Virus record (IMG/VR): IMGVR_UViG_3300037789_000064
Coordinates: 1-35,889 of that record
Reading direction: 5' to 3' (one strand)
Origin: a virus
Lineage: Duplodnaviria; Caudoviricetes
Length of the DNA stretch: 35,889 nt
The notes beneath the pieces are model-generated. The model was given only the letters and a program-made list of their open reading frames with translations. It made no database searches and was not told where the DNA came from. Below, one piece after another: positions 15,990-26,466 of this stretch (position 1 is the stretch's first letter; every line of letters starts with the position of its first letter). The translations under genes and the position numbers were made by a program.

Positions 15990-18859
15990 TGCCCAAACAC
16001 CGAGTTCTGTTGCAGATCCAGTGTGCGATGCAGGAATGTCCTGGCTGCGGGTCTATCATTCCTGGCTTTTTCGATCGCGGCCTTCACATCACCCACATGG
16101 GTGCGGATCGCACGCAGCTGGTCGAAACTGAATTCTGCAATCAGCCCGTCCGGCCGCAACAGATACTGCTTATCAACCCCAACAGGATCGCCAAGGCTGA
16201 TGTTATACACATCCGGTGCTACGGCCACGAAAGACGCCCTTTCCAGCAGCCGCTTGGTGATAGGCACACCGTTGGTTGATCCCAATGGTCCCAGAGCTTC
16301 GATATCCGCCCGTGCAAAATCTTCCAGCACTGCTTCAAATTCGTCTTGCGACACGCCTGGCGGCACCAGCGTCGGCAATCCGTCAACATCCATGATCCCA
16401 CCGAACACGACACCATTTCTTTCTGTCTGTCCAGCTGCCATCTGCAGCGCCTCGCGGTACAGCCTTTCCCCTTCAGGTGTTTCCAGATCCGGTACCATTC
16501 CGGCAGCCCGCGCCATTCCGGTGAACAGCATCCAGGCATTCCCTTGCAGCGCTCCCCGCTCTTTTGGCAGATGCTGCAATGCCGGGCCGTATTCTTCCGA
16601 CACAATCGGCGCTTCCTTCACGTGTGATCGCGATGGCGCCTGCACACCTGGTTGATTTTGCAGATTTTGTTCCCGCACAAGCAAATCGAGCGCTCTGGTA
16701 TCGTCGGACCGTAGTGCAAAATCAGACGCATAGGCCAGGCCCGGATTGCCACCGGAGATTTGTTTCAACACACCTTCCATCTGGCTGCCAAAGGCTTCCG
16801 ACAAGGTCAGCAACATTCCCACAGCAGCTTCCGGCGACGACGCCATGTGTGCGCCAAGCATTGACGCTTCACTGGCCGTCAGAGGATTGCGCCGGTCTTC
16901 AGCAATCCCGATCGCTTCCTGATGCGCCAGCCGTTCCCTCCCCAATGCCGCCAGCTGATCAGGGTCCTGAAAGTCTGTAGTTGCTCGTTGTTCCTCCAAA
17001 GCAGGAAACGATTTATCGACGGCCGCCGCAGGATCCTTGTCGCGCCGTCCAATCTCAGCCTTGGCCCGCTTTTCCGCAGCTTCAAACAGTTCCAGCGCAT
17101 CAGCATAACCTTCTGTGCCTGGCTCTGGCGTCACGGCGTTCAGCTGGTCGACAATCTCTTGCGGCGTCATGGTCTGGAAGCCGATCGTCATATCGTGCAG
17201 CTGGCGTGCGGCTTCGCGCTCCTGCATCCAGTCTGTTGCAGCTTCCGGCCCCATGACCCGCGCCACATCATCGGGATTGATCTCCTGCCCGTCCAAAGTC
17301 AACGGTCGGCCGGAAACCGAAATGCTGGAAATGTCATCGCGCAACTGGTCGCGAAGACGCGCCTTGGCGACCTGCTGTTCTGCCCGCTGCTGCGCATTCA
17401 TCTGTGTCGCTTCCCTGGCAAAGCGCCGCGACATGGATTGAACTTGCGCATAATCCAGTTCCGCAATCGGCCCTTCACCGGTTGCCCATCGTTCCATCAA
17501 ATCTTCAGCAAATGCCAGCTGTGCGTGCTGGTCTGGCAAGGCTTCAAAAGTGCCCTGCATCCGAGCGGCAACAGATCTGTCAATCAAGTTCCGTTCAGCA
17601 CGTTGTGCCTGGTTAGCCGTGATGGCCCCTGATGCTTCAGCCTGCGCGATGGAAAGCCTCTGGTGCTGCAGTTCTTCAGCCAGCAATGCATCACCATCAG
17701 GATTGGCCGCCAGCAGATAAGATTGCCTTTCCAGTTCGCGCGCACCCTGATCGATGGCCGCTTCAGCTGCAGCCGACAGCTCAGCGGCCTGGGCACGCGA
17801 AAACCGTCCACGCGCATCAGCTCGGTAAGCGGTCGATACCTGGGCGAACCGTTTTTCAAATTGTTCCTGCAGCTCAGGATCAGCCAGACTTTCATTTTTC
17901 CTGAAATCGCTTGCAACCTGTTCCAGCGCAACATCAAGGGCGCCCGGATCATCCTTGTGTGCTTCATAGGCCGCCGCGGCAGCTTCAGAGATCTGGTTGG
18001 ACATGCGCCAGCCAAACGAGCTGGCGGCCGCCTGGTCAAACGCATCGCCGCGAATGGTGCCATTCCGGATCAGCCGCAGTGGTTCCGTTTCAGGATCATC
18101 AGAAGGTGCCGGCAGCGCCATCGGCGCGCCCGGTTGCGGTGCATCGATCCGGCGTTCGACACCAGGCGCGGTTGGCGGACGGCGAAAGCCCAGAACATCC
18201 GCCATTGGATAATCCTGCACTGACACCTTGTTGGATTGATTTCCACCCAGCATCCGGACGAACTGTTTGCCGTTCTTTGTGACAATGCCTTCCACAAACC
18301 CGACATGCCCATAAGGCCCATTGCGATCGCCACGCGCCAGCACGGCCACATCGCCTGGACTTGCATCTTTCACCGGCGTGCCAAAATTCAGGAATGACCG
18401 CGCCATCAAAGACCCGGTCCCCTTGTATCCGGCCCGTCCCAACGCGGCATTCACAAATGCGGCGCACCAGGCTGTGACGCTGGGATCAAGTTTCTGCCCG
18501 CCGGACTTTTCAAAGAAGCTGGACAAAGATTTTGCATCCACAGTCTCACTCTTGCCCAGAAACTCGCGGGCTATGGCAGCGGGAGACGCGCTGCCGGCAT
18601 AGGATTTCAGATCTGTTTGTGAAGTGAAGTCATTCGGGTTGGCAGCACTGCGCGCAACACTAGGTAAATCCGCCGCCATCCCGGCTGCCCGGCCGGCAGC
18701 TTCGCCTTCGCGGGCAGCTGCTTTGTCTGCAAATCCGGAAAGTGTGGCACCCAGGCCGGCAAAGACATTCGCAGCCGCCCGCTCTGCGGAACCGTCATAA
18801 AGCGGTACTCTGGTCAATTGGCCGCCATGCCGGCCTTTTCCAGTGAATTGTTCAACCAT
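15986..18859 (-). CDS. Internal virion protein with NlpC/P60 (TIGR02594-like) peptidoglycan hydrolase domain
   Basis: TAWCAAFVNAAL, ARSFLNFG, GDVAVL, GHVGFV, LGGNQS. Confidence 0.85.
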   Translation of the reverse strand: MVEQFTGKGRHGGQLTRVPLYDGSAERAAANVFAGLGATLSGFADKAAAREGEAAGRAAGMAADLPSVARSAANPNDFTSQTDLKSYAGSASPAAIAREFLGKSETVDAKSLSSFFEKSGGQKLDPSVTAWCAAFVNAALGRAGYKGTGSLMARSFLNFGTPVKDASPGDVAVLARGDRNGPYGHVGFVEGIVTKNGKQFVRMLGGNQSNKVSVQDYPMADVLGFRRPPTAPGVERRIDAPQPGAPMALPAPSDDPETEPLRLIRNGTIRGDAFDQAAASSFGWRMSNQISEAAAAAYEAHKDDPGALDVALEQVASDFRKNESLADPELQEQFEKRFAQVSTAYRADARGRFSRAQAAELSAAAEAAIDQGARELERQSYLLAANPDGDALLAEELQHQRLSIAQAEASGAITANQAQRAERNLIDRSVAARMQGTFEALPDQHAQLAFAEDLMERWATGEGPIAELDYAQVQSMSRRFAREATQMNAQQRAEQQVAKARLRDQLRDDISSISVSGRPLTLDGQEINPDDVARVMGPEAATDWMQEREAARQLHDMTIGFQTMTPQEIVDQLNAVTPEPGTEGYADALELFEAAEKRAKAEIGRRDKDPAAAVDKSFPALEEQRATTDFQDPDQLAALGRERLAHQEAIGIAEDRRNPLTASEASMLGAHMASSPEAAVGMLLTLSEAFGSQMEGVLKQISGGNPGLAYASDFALRSDDTRALDLLVREQNLQNQPGVQAPSRSHVKEAPIVSEEYGPALQHLPKERGALQGNAWMLFTGMARAAGMVPDLETPEGERLYREALQMAAGQTERNGVVFGGIMDVDGLPTLVPPGVSQDEFEAVLEDFARADIEALGPLGSTNGVPITKRLLERASFVAVAPDVYNISLGDPVGVDKQYLLRPDGLIAEFSFDQLRAIRTHVGDVKAAIEKARNDRPAARTFLHRTLDLQQNSVFGQ

Positions 18860-18862
18860 CGA

Positions 18863-19423
18863 TCAGCCCCGCTGCTTGAGACTGGACCCGAAATCAATCG
18901 CCTGCCCGGCAGCGTCCAGCAACGCCCCCCGACGCGCAGCCTTTCCCAGTCGGCGATAACCTGCAGCTGCAGCCCGGCGCGCTGCAATGCGGGCGTCAGT
19001 ATCACTGCGGTCAATCGAGATTTCCGTAGAAGCCCGCTTCTCAGCTGCAGATCTGGCGTCTTCCGCAACACCACCGGAAATATCTATGCCGGCAGCGGCA
19101 AAGCTGACATCGTTTTTGCCCAGAACGCGCAGCAATTCCTGCTTCAGATCCGTGGTCCTGCGCACATGTGCGGTTTCTTCCCGTTGGGCTTCCAGCTTCT
19201 CGGACCCTGCCTGCAGCGCATAACTGTCTGCTTTTGCGCTGCCGGCACCGATTGTGCCAATAATCGACGCCACAGTGGAAAGCCCCTGAGCGATCGACAA
19301 CCCCGTTGAACCTGCACCGGCAGCCGTTGCAACTGATCCACCGGCTGCAGACGCCCCTGCTGTTGCACCAGCCGTGGCACCACCCTTGAAAATCGCCCCC
19401 AGGGCCGAAATTGCCAATTCCAT
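18863..19423 (-). CDS. Small ejection protein (T7 gp14-like)
   Basis: Ala/Gly-rich N-terminus, FAAAGIDISGG motif; follows the tail nozzle gene. Confidence 0.7.
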   Translation of the reverse strand: MELAISALGAIFKGGATAGATAGASAAGGSVATAAGAGSTGLSIAQGLSTVASIIGTIGAGSAKADSYALQAGSEKLEAQREETAHVRRTTDLKQELLRVLGKNDVSFAAAGIDISGGVAEDARSAAEKRASTEISIDRSDTDARIAARRAAAAGYRRLGKAARRGALLDAAGQAIDFGSSLKQRG

Positions 19424-19439
19424 TCTTAAGCGCCCCTTG

Positions 19440-21488
19440 TCACAGTGCCGCCTCGATCGTCAAACCGCGCAGGTTCAACCGGCCAGGCCTCAATTGCGTG
19501 ATAGTAACATTTGGCTGATCGGCGTAACCCGTCAGGCCCTGCAGGCGGACAAGGCCAGTGAAGCCCTGCTGAAGATCCGGCACATTGGCAGTGGCCCCGA
19601 ATTTGATCAGATTGATTTCACGCGGTGCGCCGCCATTACTTGCTATTGCAACCGATGTGGTATCCAGCAGGTCCAGCACAACACCATGGATCCGACCGCG
19701 GCGCTGCACGACGATTTCCGGGCTGACCTCCCGCGATGGCGGCAATGTTGTCACTACCGGCGCTGTCCAGCGTCCCACGGTCACCTCACTGACAGCGCGC
19801 GGCAGGGTGATCTGATTGCTGTCCACAGTAAAGGGCCCGAACACATAATCATCGCCGTAAGCCCAGACTTCCTGCCCCTCATGAACGTCCAGTCCGGTGA
19901 TCGTGGCGGTGTCGCTTTCATAGCTGAATGAAACAGCCCCATCCAGCAGCAGGCCGGTTTCCATCCGCTCCAGCCGGCGCGATGCCACGCTGTCAGCAGT
20001 GCGTTCCACGATAAAGCTCATCTGGTTATCGCCATTGGCGCTGGTCGCATAAAAATCGCCATCGCTGGAAATCCTGCCGAACGCTGTGACTTCCTGACTG
20101 CGCAGCAAGGTCGCCATGCGTGCCGATCTGTCATTTTGTACAACCGCCAGCAGATTGCCATCACCATCATCGCCGGATCTGCGCACCGCCATGTCAGTCA
20201 CATCCTGGATCATGTGGCTGGCCAGCAGCGACAGTGGTTCGGCAACAAAATTGCCTTCCAGATCCGTATAGCGAAATTCATTCAATGCGCTTGCATTGGC
20301 ATTGGTGAAAATTGCAGAGCCTTCATTTTCAACAATTGGAACTCCGGGTGCCGCACCATGCCGGCTGCTTTCCACATGGTTCGGTGCCTTTGTTTTCGAC
20401 AGTTCCCGATCTGCCAGCCAATATTCCGCATCATTGGTGAACAGCAGCAGGTTCCGCATGGCCACCATGCGCTCCAGCGCTTCACCGCCTGGTGTATCCA
20501 TTGGCACCAGGAACGAACCATTGGCTTCATCGATCCGGTCATCGAAATTGAAGTAATCACCGACAATTGAAGCGATCCAGTTGTTTGGCAGAGACCGAAA
20601 CCCACCCATCAGCAGCCGCTGTTGATGAAACAGTCCGCATCGTGGCCAGCCCCGCGTACTGGAGATTATGGCCTCCCCTGGTGTCACACCAGGCGTGTCC
20701 TTGATGGCAGTGATAGCGGCATCTGATTTATTGATTACCCGGGCAGAGATCGCCCAGCCGTCGCCCTCATTGCCTTCACCATCGAATGTGACGCGGAACT
20801 TTCTGTTGCTGATGACATCAACGGTAACGCCACTGGCAACCGATGGCAGATCAGTGATTGCGGTCTCAATCAAGCCGGCCAAAGTCTCAAAATTGCTGGA
20901 AGTATCGTATGTGACGGATGCCGTTTCTTCATTGGAAACAGTCAGAGTGAATACGGTTGTATCATCCGATAATCCGATGAACTCCAAATTCCAGATAGCC
21001 GACACGCCATTCGTGTAAGTCGCCCCATAATCGTAATTGGGCAGGTTTTCGATCGGCGCGACATCGATGTCCCAGGATGATGCGCCGGAATGCTTGATCC
21101 GCCGCGGCTCCACATCCTTGTGAAAGATCAATTGCGTGTCCAGACGCTGCGCAAATGTGATGGTTGGCAACGTCGATGTGCCGAAAGGCGTGGTGATTTC
21201 ATCCAGCTCTGCGCTTTGCCAGGCTTGCATTTTCAGATTGGAATAGACCAGGTCATAGGCTTCACCATCGCTGGCACGGAATGACGCCAGCCGGCCGGCT
21301 GTATCCTCCAGCACACCCACATGGCGCAAACCATCGCGCAGCTTGAAGCCGCCCTGCGGCGCAAACTCCACATTTTCCGCCCGTGCGCATCCTGTCCCGA
21401 AATATTTCAGTTCGATGCGGTTGTGCAACCGCGGGTCCAGCTCGCCAGCGGTGAAAGCAGCCTGCTGTCTTCCTGGTTGTCCTACCAT
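19440..21488 (-). CDS. Tail tubular protein B / nozzle
   Basis: FTAGELDPRL N-terminus, GWPRCGLFHQQRL, SIVGDYFNF; beta-rich. Confidence 0.85.
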   Translation of the reverse strand: MVGQPGRQQAAFTAGELDPRLHNRIELKYFGTGCARAENVEFAPQGGFKLRDGLRHVGVLEDTAGRLASFRASDGEAYDLVYSNLKMQAWQSAELDEITTPFGTSTLPTITFAQRLDTQLIFHKDVEPRRIKHSGASSWDIDVAPIENLPNYDYGATYTNGVSAIWNLEFIGLSDDTTVFTLTVSNEETASVTYDTSSNFETLAGLIETAITDLPSVASGVTVDVISNRKFRVTFDGEGNEGDGWAISARVINKSDAAITAIKDTPGVTPGEAIISSTRGWPRCGLFHQQRLLMGGFRSLPNNWIASIVGDYFNFDDRIDEANGSFLVPMDTPGGEALERMVAMRNLLLFTNDAEYWLADRELSKTKAPNHVESSRHGAAPGVPIVENEGSAIFTNANASALNEFRYTDLEGNFVAEPLSLLASHMIQDVTDMAVRRSGDDGDGNLLAVVQNDRSARMATLLRSQEVTAFGRISSDGDFYATSANGDNQMSFIVERTADSVASRRLERMETGLLLDGAVSFSYESDTATITGLDVHEGQEVWAYGDDYVFGPFTVDSNQITLPRAVSEVTVGRWTAPVVTTLPPSREVSPEIVVQRRGRIHGVVLDLLDTTSVAIASNGGAPREINLIKFGATANVPDLQQGFTGLVRLQGLTGYADQPNVTITQLRPGRLNLRGLTIEAAL

Positions 21489-22105
21489 GTTGATCGATGG
21501 CTCACGGTTAACGGGTTGTTGTCCCAGCCGGCAGATCTGGGCGGTGTTGCAAAACTGTCTTCCCGGATTGCAGATCCCAGTGCACCGCCGCGATTGTTTT
21601 CCGACGGATTGCCATATGCATTCTGGCGCAGTTCCTTGCGCAGGTTTTTGTCATGGGCAATTGACAGCGCATATTCGGCTGCTACGGCCAGGACAACAAA
21701 ATCGCGAAATGTCCCGGACCAGTCTGCCGGTTCGGCTGCAAACTTGATTTCAGCAAACAGCGGCGTTTCATCAGCATGAACCGTACTGCCCTGCAGCTGG
21801 TACCGGGAAAACCGATGGTTGGGATCTGTGATACTATCGGTGACACGCAGTGGCGGGCCCAGGCGCTCAGCCGGCAGGTCGAACACCCTGGTGTAACCGG
21901 TCAGCGGCGTGGCTGTTGCCAGCTCTGAAAGTTGCACCATCTTGCGGGCAAAAGAAAAAACATAAACGCCCAGGGCAAATTCAATCACACTGTCATAGAC
22001 CAGATCAGCGGCCTGCCCGCCCAGGGTCTCATCTTCCAGATCCTGCAACGGATCCGCGCCAATGCGCAGCATGGCCCGGTTGACGATTTCCAGCTTGTTG
22101 ATCAT
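21482..22105 (-). CDS. Tail tubular protein A / adaptor (T7 gp11-like)
   Basis: LEIVNRAMLRIGADPL...FSFARKMVQL pattern; synteny. Confidence 0.85.
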   Translation of the reverse strand: MINKLEIVNRAMLRIGADPLQDLEDETLGGQAADLVYDSVIEFALGVYVFSFARKMVQLSELATATPLTGYTRVFDLPAERLGPPLRVTDSITDPNHRFSRYQLQGSTVHADETPLFAEIKFAAEPADWSGTFRDFVVLAVAAEYALSIAHDKNLRKELRQNAYGNPSENNRGGALGSAIREDSFATPPRSAGWDNNPLTVSHRSTW

Positions 22106-22127
22106 GTGCGCACCGCCCTCTTGAAAT

Positions 22128-22158
22128 GCGACCCGGCACCACCGCTGGACCGGGCCGC
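22128..22158 (-). terminator. GC-rich hairpin after the capsid genes (possible attenuator)
   Basis: Stem 22128-22136/22150-22158 followed only by a weak T tract. Confidence 0.35.
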
Positions 22159-22164
22159 GCCACC

Positions 22165-22440
22165 TTATGAGGTGGTTTGCGCCGCGATTGTTACCGCGGA
22201 ACCAGTATTGGCGGTCACCATGTAGTTTTTCAGAACCGGCGTCCCATCCAGATCGAGCGATGCAATGATCACATCACCCAGCGCCAGAATTTTGGCCGCG
22301 CTGTTGAAATAACCAGACGTCTGCACGGCGGACGCATCATCATTGGTTGCGTAATGCAGAACCGATTTGACAGATCCGGCACCAGTGCCAACAGAACCGG
22401 TGGACTGGATCCGGCTTAGTCCCTTTTGATCAAATGCCAT
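22165..22440 (-). CDS. Putative capsid decoration/minor capsid protein
   Basis: Small beta-rich protein directly after the capsid gene; AAGGA RBS. Confidence 0.6.
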   Translation of the reverse strand: MAFDQKGLSRIQSTGSVGTGAGSVKSVLHYATNDDASAVQTSGYFNSAAKILALGDVIIASLDLDGTPVLKNYMVTANTGSAVTIAAQTTS

Positions 22441-22502
22441 TTGACATTCCTTTCAGAAAACGAGTGCAACTGCCGGCACGAATGCGCCGGCAGGATCAGT
22501 GG

Positions 22503-23363
22503 TTAGTTGGCAGTAATTGCCGTATCGTCAGAGAAGCGACCACGCACGATGCCCTCACTCAGCAGCGCAGCATCAGCCCCTTCGCTTTCCATCCGGATCG
22601 ACCAGGCACCCAAAGCATTATCCCATTGCCAGATCGACATCAGCTTGGTGTTGTTTGCCCAGCCAAAAGCGGATTTGTGATACATGTGAATATCCAGTTC
22701 GCCGGCTTCCGGCGCTGTGAACCAGTCTTCCACGCCCAGGAACCAGTTAACGCCGTTCCATGTCTTGGCCGTCGTCGATTTGAGAAATGGAAGATCCGGG
22801 CCGACATAATCGGCACTGTTGAACTGTTTATAGGCAAGCAGCTGGTTCCAGAACAAGGAAGGCAGCGGACAGAACACATTGCCATCCCAGTCCACCTCTT
22901 GCGCCTGCAGCCGGCTGCACATGGTCAGCGCATAATCCAGCCCGAAACCATCAGCGCCACCATCCACAAACTGCGAACCGGATGTCGGTGCAGTCGCTTC
23001 AAACAGGTCAAACAATTCGGTGTCGACAGCACGGCCCAGCGCATTGGCACCGGTTTGCTGCAGCACTTCGCGTTCGTTCACGCTCAAGCGCGTCAGATCG
23101 TAATTGTAGAGATAGTCAAAGGCCTCGAACGTATCCAGAATTGCTTCCACATTTGAACGCCCGGCATTCATTGGCGTGGCTCGAACACCACGGACCTTTT
23201 TCCGGGCCGTTCCTTTACCGGCAACCGGGAAGTGCGCTTTCGTGCCTTCAATCCGGCCGGCAGGCATGACAGTGCCCATCAGCTTGAAGCCTTTGGACTG
23301 GAATTTGTGGATCACGCGGTTGTTGTACTGTTCAACAAACCAGGCGGGTGCTTCGTTGCTCAT
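22503..23363 (-). CDS. Major capsid protein
   Basis: FVEQYNNRVIHKFQSKGFKL, ALGRAVD, NSADYV; GGAG RBS; follows the scaffold gene. Confidence 0.88.
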   Translation of the reverse strand: MSNEAPAWFVEQYNNRVIHKFQSKGFKLMGTVMPAGRIEGTKAHFPVAGKGTARKKVRGVRATPMNAGRSNVEAILDTFEAFDYLYNYDLTRLSVNEREVLQQTGANALGRAVDTELFDLFEATAPTSGSQFVDGGADGFGLDYALTMCSRLQAQEVDWDGNVFCPLPSLFWNQLLAYKQFNSADYVGPDLPFLKSTTAKTWNGVNWFLGVEDWFTAPEAGELDIHMYHKSAFGWANNTKLMSIWQWDNALGAWSIRMESEGADAALLSEGIVRGRFSDDTAITAN

Positions 23364-23513
23364 AATCGTCTCCAGTGATGATTGATAAGATCACCAGGTC
23401 CGATAGGCCACGTTGCAGGCGGGTCTTGTTTCCAGGGTTGAAACGAGATAGGCCGCCGACATTGCAGGTCAGCACCTGTTGTCGACGGCCAGAATAAGAC
23501 GGTTGGCTTCAGG

Positions 23514-24347
23514 TCAACCGTAGCGCTTTTGATAAGCTGCATCATATTTCTTGCGCAGCTCCGGATCATATTTGCTGCTCTGCGGATCGATCCGGTCATC
23601 GCTGTCCAGCGCTTTCAGTTCCGCATCTGTCAAATCGCCCTGTTGCACAGTGCCACCCTCCACTCTCAATCCGCCCTTTTGCAACCGCTGCTGCAGCGCA
23701 TTCAGGGCCATAATGCCGATATGATCATCAGCCATTTCTGCAATGCGTTCCCTGACGGCTTCGCGGTGTTGTTCCGGCACGCCTTCCAGCTGACCGGCCA
23801 GGCCGGTTGCAAACGCATCCATGTCCGTTGCCATTCTTGCGACACCGGCGCGATCCAGGCCCATTGCCTCGCCAAGGCTGTCCAGCTCTTTCTGAGGATT
23901 GAACGGTGCCGCAATCAAACCATCGGTCACCAGCGTGCCAAGTGTCTCATTGATCACCCCGGCAAACTGGTCTGCGTTCAGCCCATGCTTCACCGCGGCG
24001 GCCTTGTAGGCTGTCATCACCGGATCTGACTGGTCATGAATGTATGGCGCAATGGCATCACCAGGCTCAAACTGGATATCATCGATCGATTTAAGCACGG
24101 GCGGCCGTTTTGCTTCAGCATCGCGATATCCCTTGGCAACGCCAAACAGCGTATCAATCGTGCCCTGGTCATTCTCGCCACGCCAATTATCCGGAATGCC
24201 TTCCGGAAAATAGGCCGATGGTGGATTGCCCCCGCCATCACTGCCACCGGGATCGCCACCCGGATCACCACCACCCCCGTCATCTGCAGCCATGAAAGGC
24301 CGATAGGACATCAGCAATTGAAGTCTGTTTCTATGCATCTTGAACAC
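23514..24347 (-). CDS. Capsid scaffolding protein
   Basis: Acidic, Gly/Pro-rich N-terminus, helical body, C-terminal YQKRYG; lies between portal and capsid. Confidence 0.75.
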   Translation of the reverse strand: MFKMHRNRLQLLMSYRPFMAADDGGGGDPGGDPGGSDGGGNPPSAYFPEGIPDNWRGENDQGTIDTLFGVAKGYRDAEAKRPPVLKSIDDIQFEPGDAIAPYIHDQSDPVMTAYKAAAVKHGLNADQFAGVINETLGTLVTDGLIAAPFNPQKELDSLGEAMGLDRAGVARMATDMDAFATGLAGQLEGVPEQHREAVRERIAEMADDHIGIMALNALQQRLQKGGLRVEGGTVQQGDLTDAELKALDSDDRIDPQSSKYDPELRKKYDAAYQKRYG

Positions 24348-24717
24348 CCCTTTGCGGTGGTTGTGGCTCGCCGCGGCCTTCCGCGATCAGCCGAAGGATT
24401 TCAGTCACAAGCGCATTCTGGCCTTCCCGGAATGCCCCGAACATGGCCACCTGGCCGGGATCGATCCCCAGCATGGCAAAATAGCAGGTGCGGCGCAGTG
24501 TCTTGTCCAGAATGGCGTCCAGCACCAGTTCACCTTCAGGCGTGGAAAATATCCTGGCAGCCGCCGAGCTGATCCGTTGCCGCTCCAGTTCCTGCTCTTG
24601 TTTTGCGATGCGCGGATCAACGCCATCTTTTACTGCAGGATCCAGCGCATCGAACATTGACCAGTCCTGTCCTGATGCCAACCGCATCATGTCATTCAGT
24701 GACTGTCCGTTACTCAT
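24331..24717 (-). CDS. Bbp19-like conserved phage protein
   Basis: IFSTPEGELVLD...FREGQNALV motif; directly after the portal. Confidence 0.75.
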   Translation of the reverse strand: MSNGQSLNDMMRLASGQDWSMFDALDPAVKDGVDPRIAKQEQELERQRISSAAARIFSTPEGELVLDAILDKTLRRTCYFAMLGIDPGQVAMFGAFREGQNALVTEILRLIAEGRGEPQPPQRGVQDA

Positions 24718-26255
24718 GCCACACCCTCCGCTTCAGCAGCTGCAGCGGCAGCCAATGCCAGTGCCTGCTGCTGCTGTTCGCTTTCTTCAATCTTCCGGCG
24801 TTCTTCCGTGCTCACCATATGATTTGGATCCACACCCAGCGCCCGCCCTGCCTCGATCAGCATGTCGATACGCTTTGCGATCTTGTGAACATCATTGGGC
24901 GCAACACTGATGACCATTTCCAGCCACTGCATGATCACCTGGACACGCTCCATTTCGCGCGAAATTCCCAGTGGTGATGTAATCTTTACCCGTGTCAGCA
25001 GCTGGTCGATCGGTGTGTCGTAAGGTATCAGCTGCAGCTCATAGGCAATCTCGATAACCCGTTGCACAACAGGCACCACGATTTCCGAAACAAGGCGGCC
25101 AAAAGCGCCCACATGATCAGACGCCAGATGCCGCACCCGTTCCATGATTTCAGAGGCCGATCGCACACCGGCAGTATCCGGCGGCAGGTTCTGATCCATC
25201 ATGGTTGCCTTGATCGCCGAACGCATGTCACCCAGGATCAGATTGGACAAATCAATGCGCGGATCCGGGAACCGGCTGACCGTTGGGCCCAGCACTCCGC
25301 CATTGCGTGCCACTTTCCAGAACTTGCCAGGTTCCAGAGGTGACAGATCCGGGTTGAAAACCCCGTCATCAACCACCGTATAGATCCCCAGCATCGCAAT
25401 CGCGGCTGCCTGCAACTGGATGCGGCTGGCAGTGTTCAGCGTCTTGATGGTTGGCATTGCCAATTGAACAACGCCACGCCCCATGGTTTCGCCAGAAACC
25501 CGGTAATAGCGCGGCGTCAGGCAGGGCTTGGTTCTGGACGTGGTCTTTTCAATGATGTGTTCGCCATCTTCCGGGTAGATGTAAACATCCCAACGCCCGG
25601 ACACCGGATCGCGCACCACATCCTGGCACAGCGTGATTTCCTTTTCCGGGTTGTCGTTGTATTCCTGCCCCAGCTTCTGGCCAAGATTGGCCTTTGGCCA
25701 TTCATCCTTGATCTGGCGCAACGACCATTTACGCTTCCAGAAGATGGCGCTCACATCGCCATAACCGCTGCTTTCGAACAGAACCTCATCCAGCGGTACC
25801 GTGATAAAACGAACAGGCTTTGACCGCGTGCCCTTCAGGATGAACATGCACCCGGTACCCGCAGACAGGTCCAATGCCATTTCCGCAAAGGCATTGTCCC
25901 ACTCGCCATCCTGAAAGAACGCATCGATCACCGATGATATCTGCGCAAGGATATCGCTCAGCTGGTCGCGTGCAGTTGCATCGCGCACCAGTGGACCCGG
26001 CTCAAGACCGAAATTCTGCTGGCCCGTCGGCCACAGTTTTTCCTGAAGGCTGCCGGCAAACCGGAAGGCCGCGGTGATTGCCGTTTGATCGAACACCCGA
26101 TCGGATCGATTGTTGCTGTTCCGGCCCTTGTCAGCGGTTTGACTGGAGCGCCGAAACGGGATCGCATATTCATACGCTTCATCGATCTGCGGCTGAAAAT
26201 GGTCGCGATCCTGCTGGGCTTTTTCATGCCGCTTTTTGAGCGCCTTGATATCCAT
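24714..26255 (-). CDS. Portal (head-tail connector) protein
   Basis: RVFDQTA, GTGCMFI, GETMGRG, RSASEIMER, ITSPLG; ATG 26255 follows the upstream stop. Confidence 0.92.
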   Translation of the reverse strand: MDIKALKKRHEKAQQDRDHFQPQIDEAYEYAIPFRRSSQTADKGRNSNNRSDRVFDQTAITAAFRFAGSLQEKLWPTGQQNFGLEPGPLVRDATARDQLSDILAQISSVIDAFFQDGEWDNAFAEMALDLSAGTGCMFILKGTRSKPVRFITVPLDEVLFESSGYGDVSAIFWKRKWSLRQIKDEWPKANLGQKLGQEYNDNPEKEITLCQDVVRDPVSGRWDVYIYPEDGEHIIEKTTSRTKPCLTPRYYRVSGETMGRGVVQLAMPTIKTLNTASRIQLQAAAIAMLGIYTVVDDGVFNPDLSPLEPGKFWKVARNGGVLGPTVSRFPDPRIDLSNLILGDMRSAIKATMMDQNLPPDTAGVRSASEIMERVRHLASDHVGAFGRLVSEIVVPVVQRVIEIAYELQLIPYDTPIDQLLTRVKITSPLGISREMERVQVIMQWLEMVISVAPNDVHKIAKRIDMLIEAGRALGVDPNHMVSTEERRKIEESEQQQQALALAAAAAAEAEGVA

Positions 26256-26259
26256 CAGA

Positions 26260-26466
26260 TCAACCGAGCGTATCCTGACCGTCACCGCTTAAAAACGTCA
26301 GCAGCCGCCTTCCCCGCTTGCGGTTCCCGGCAGACTTTGCCTGGTCAAGCTCACCCTGCTGTTGCGCAGCTGCTGCCAGCGATCGCCGTTCGGCCTTGGC
26401 TGCTTCAGCCTGCTGCTGTTTGGCGATGCCACTGCCGCCAGTGAACATTTTGACTATGTCGCCCAT
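26260..26466 (-). CDS. Small basic virion assembly protein (T7 gp7.3-like position)
   Basis: 68 aa, RGRRLL...TLG C-terminus, just before the portal. Confidence 0.65.
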   Translation of the reverse strand: MGDIVKMFTGGSGIAKQQQAEAAKAERRSLAAAAQQQGELDQAKSAGNRKRGRRLLTFLSGDGQDTLG

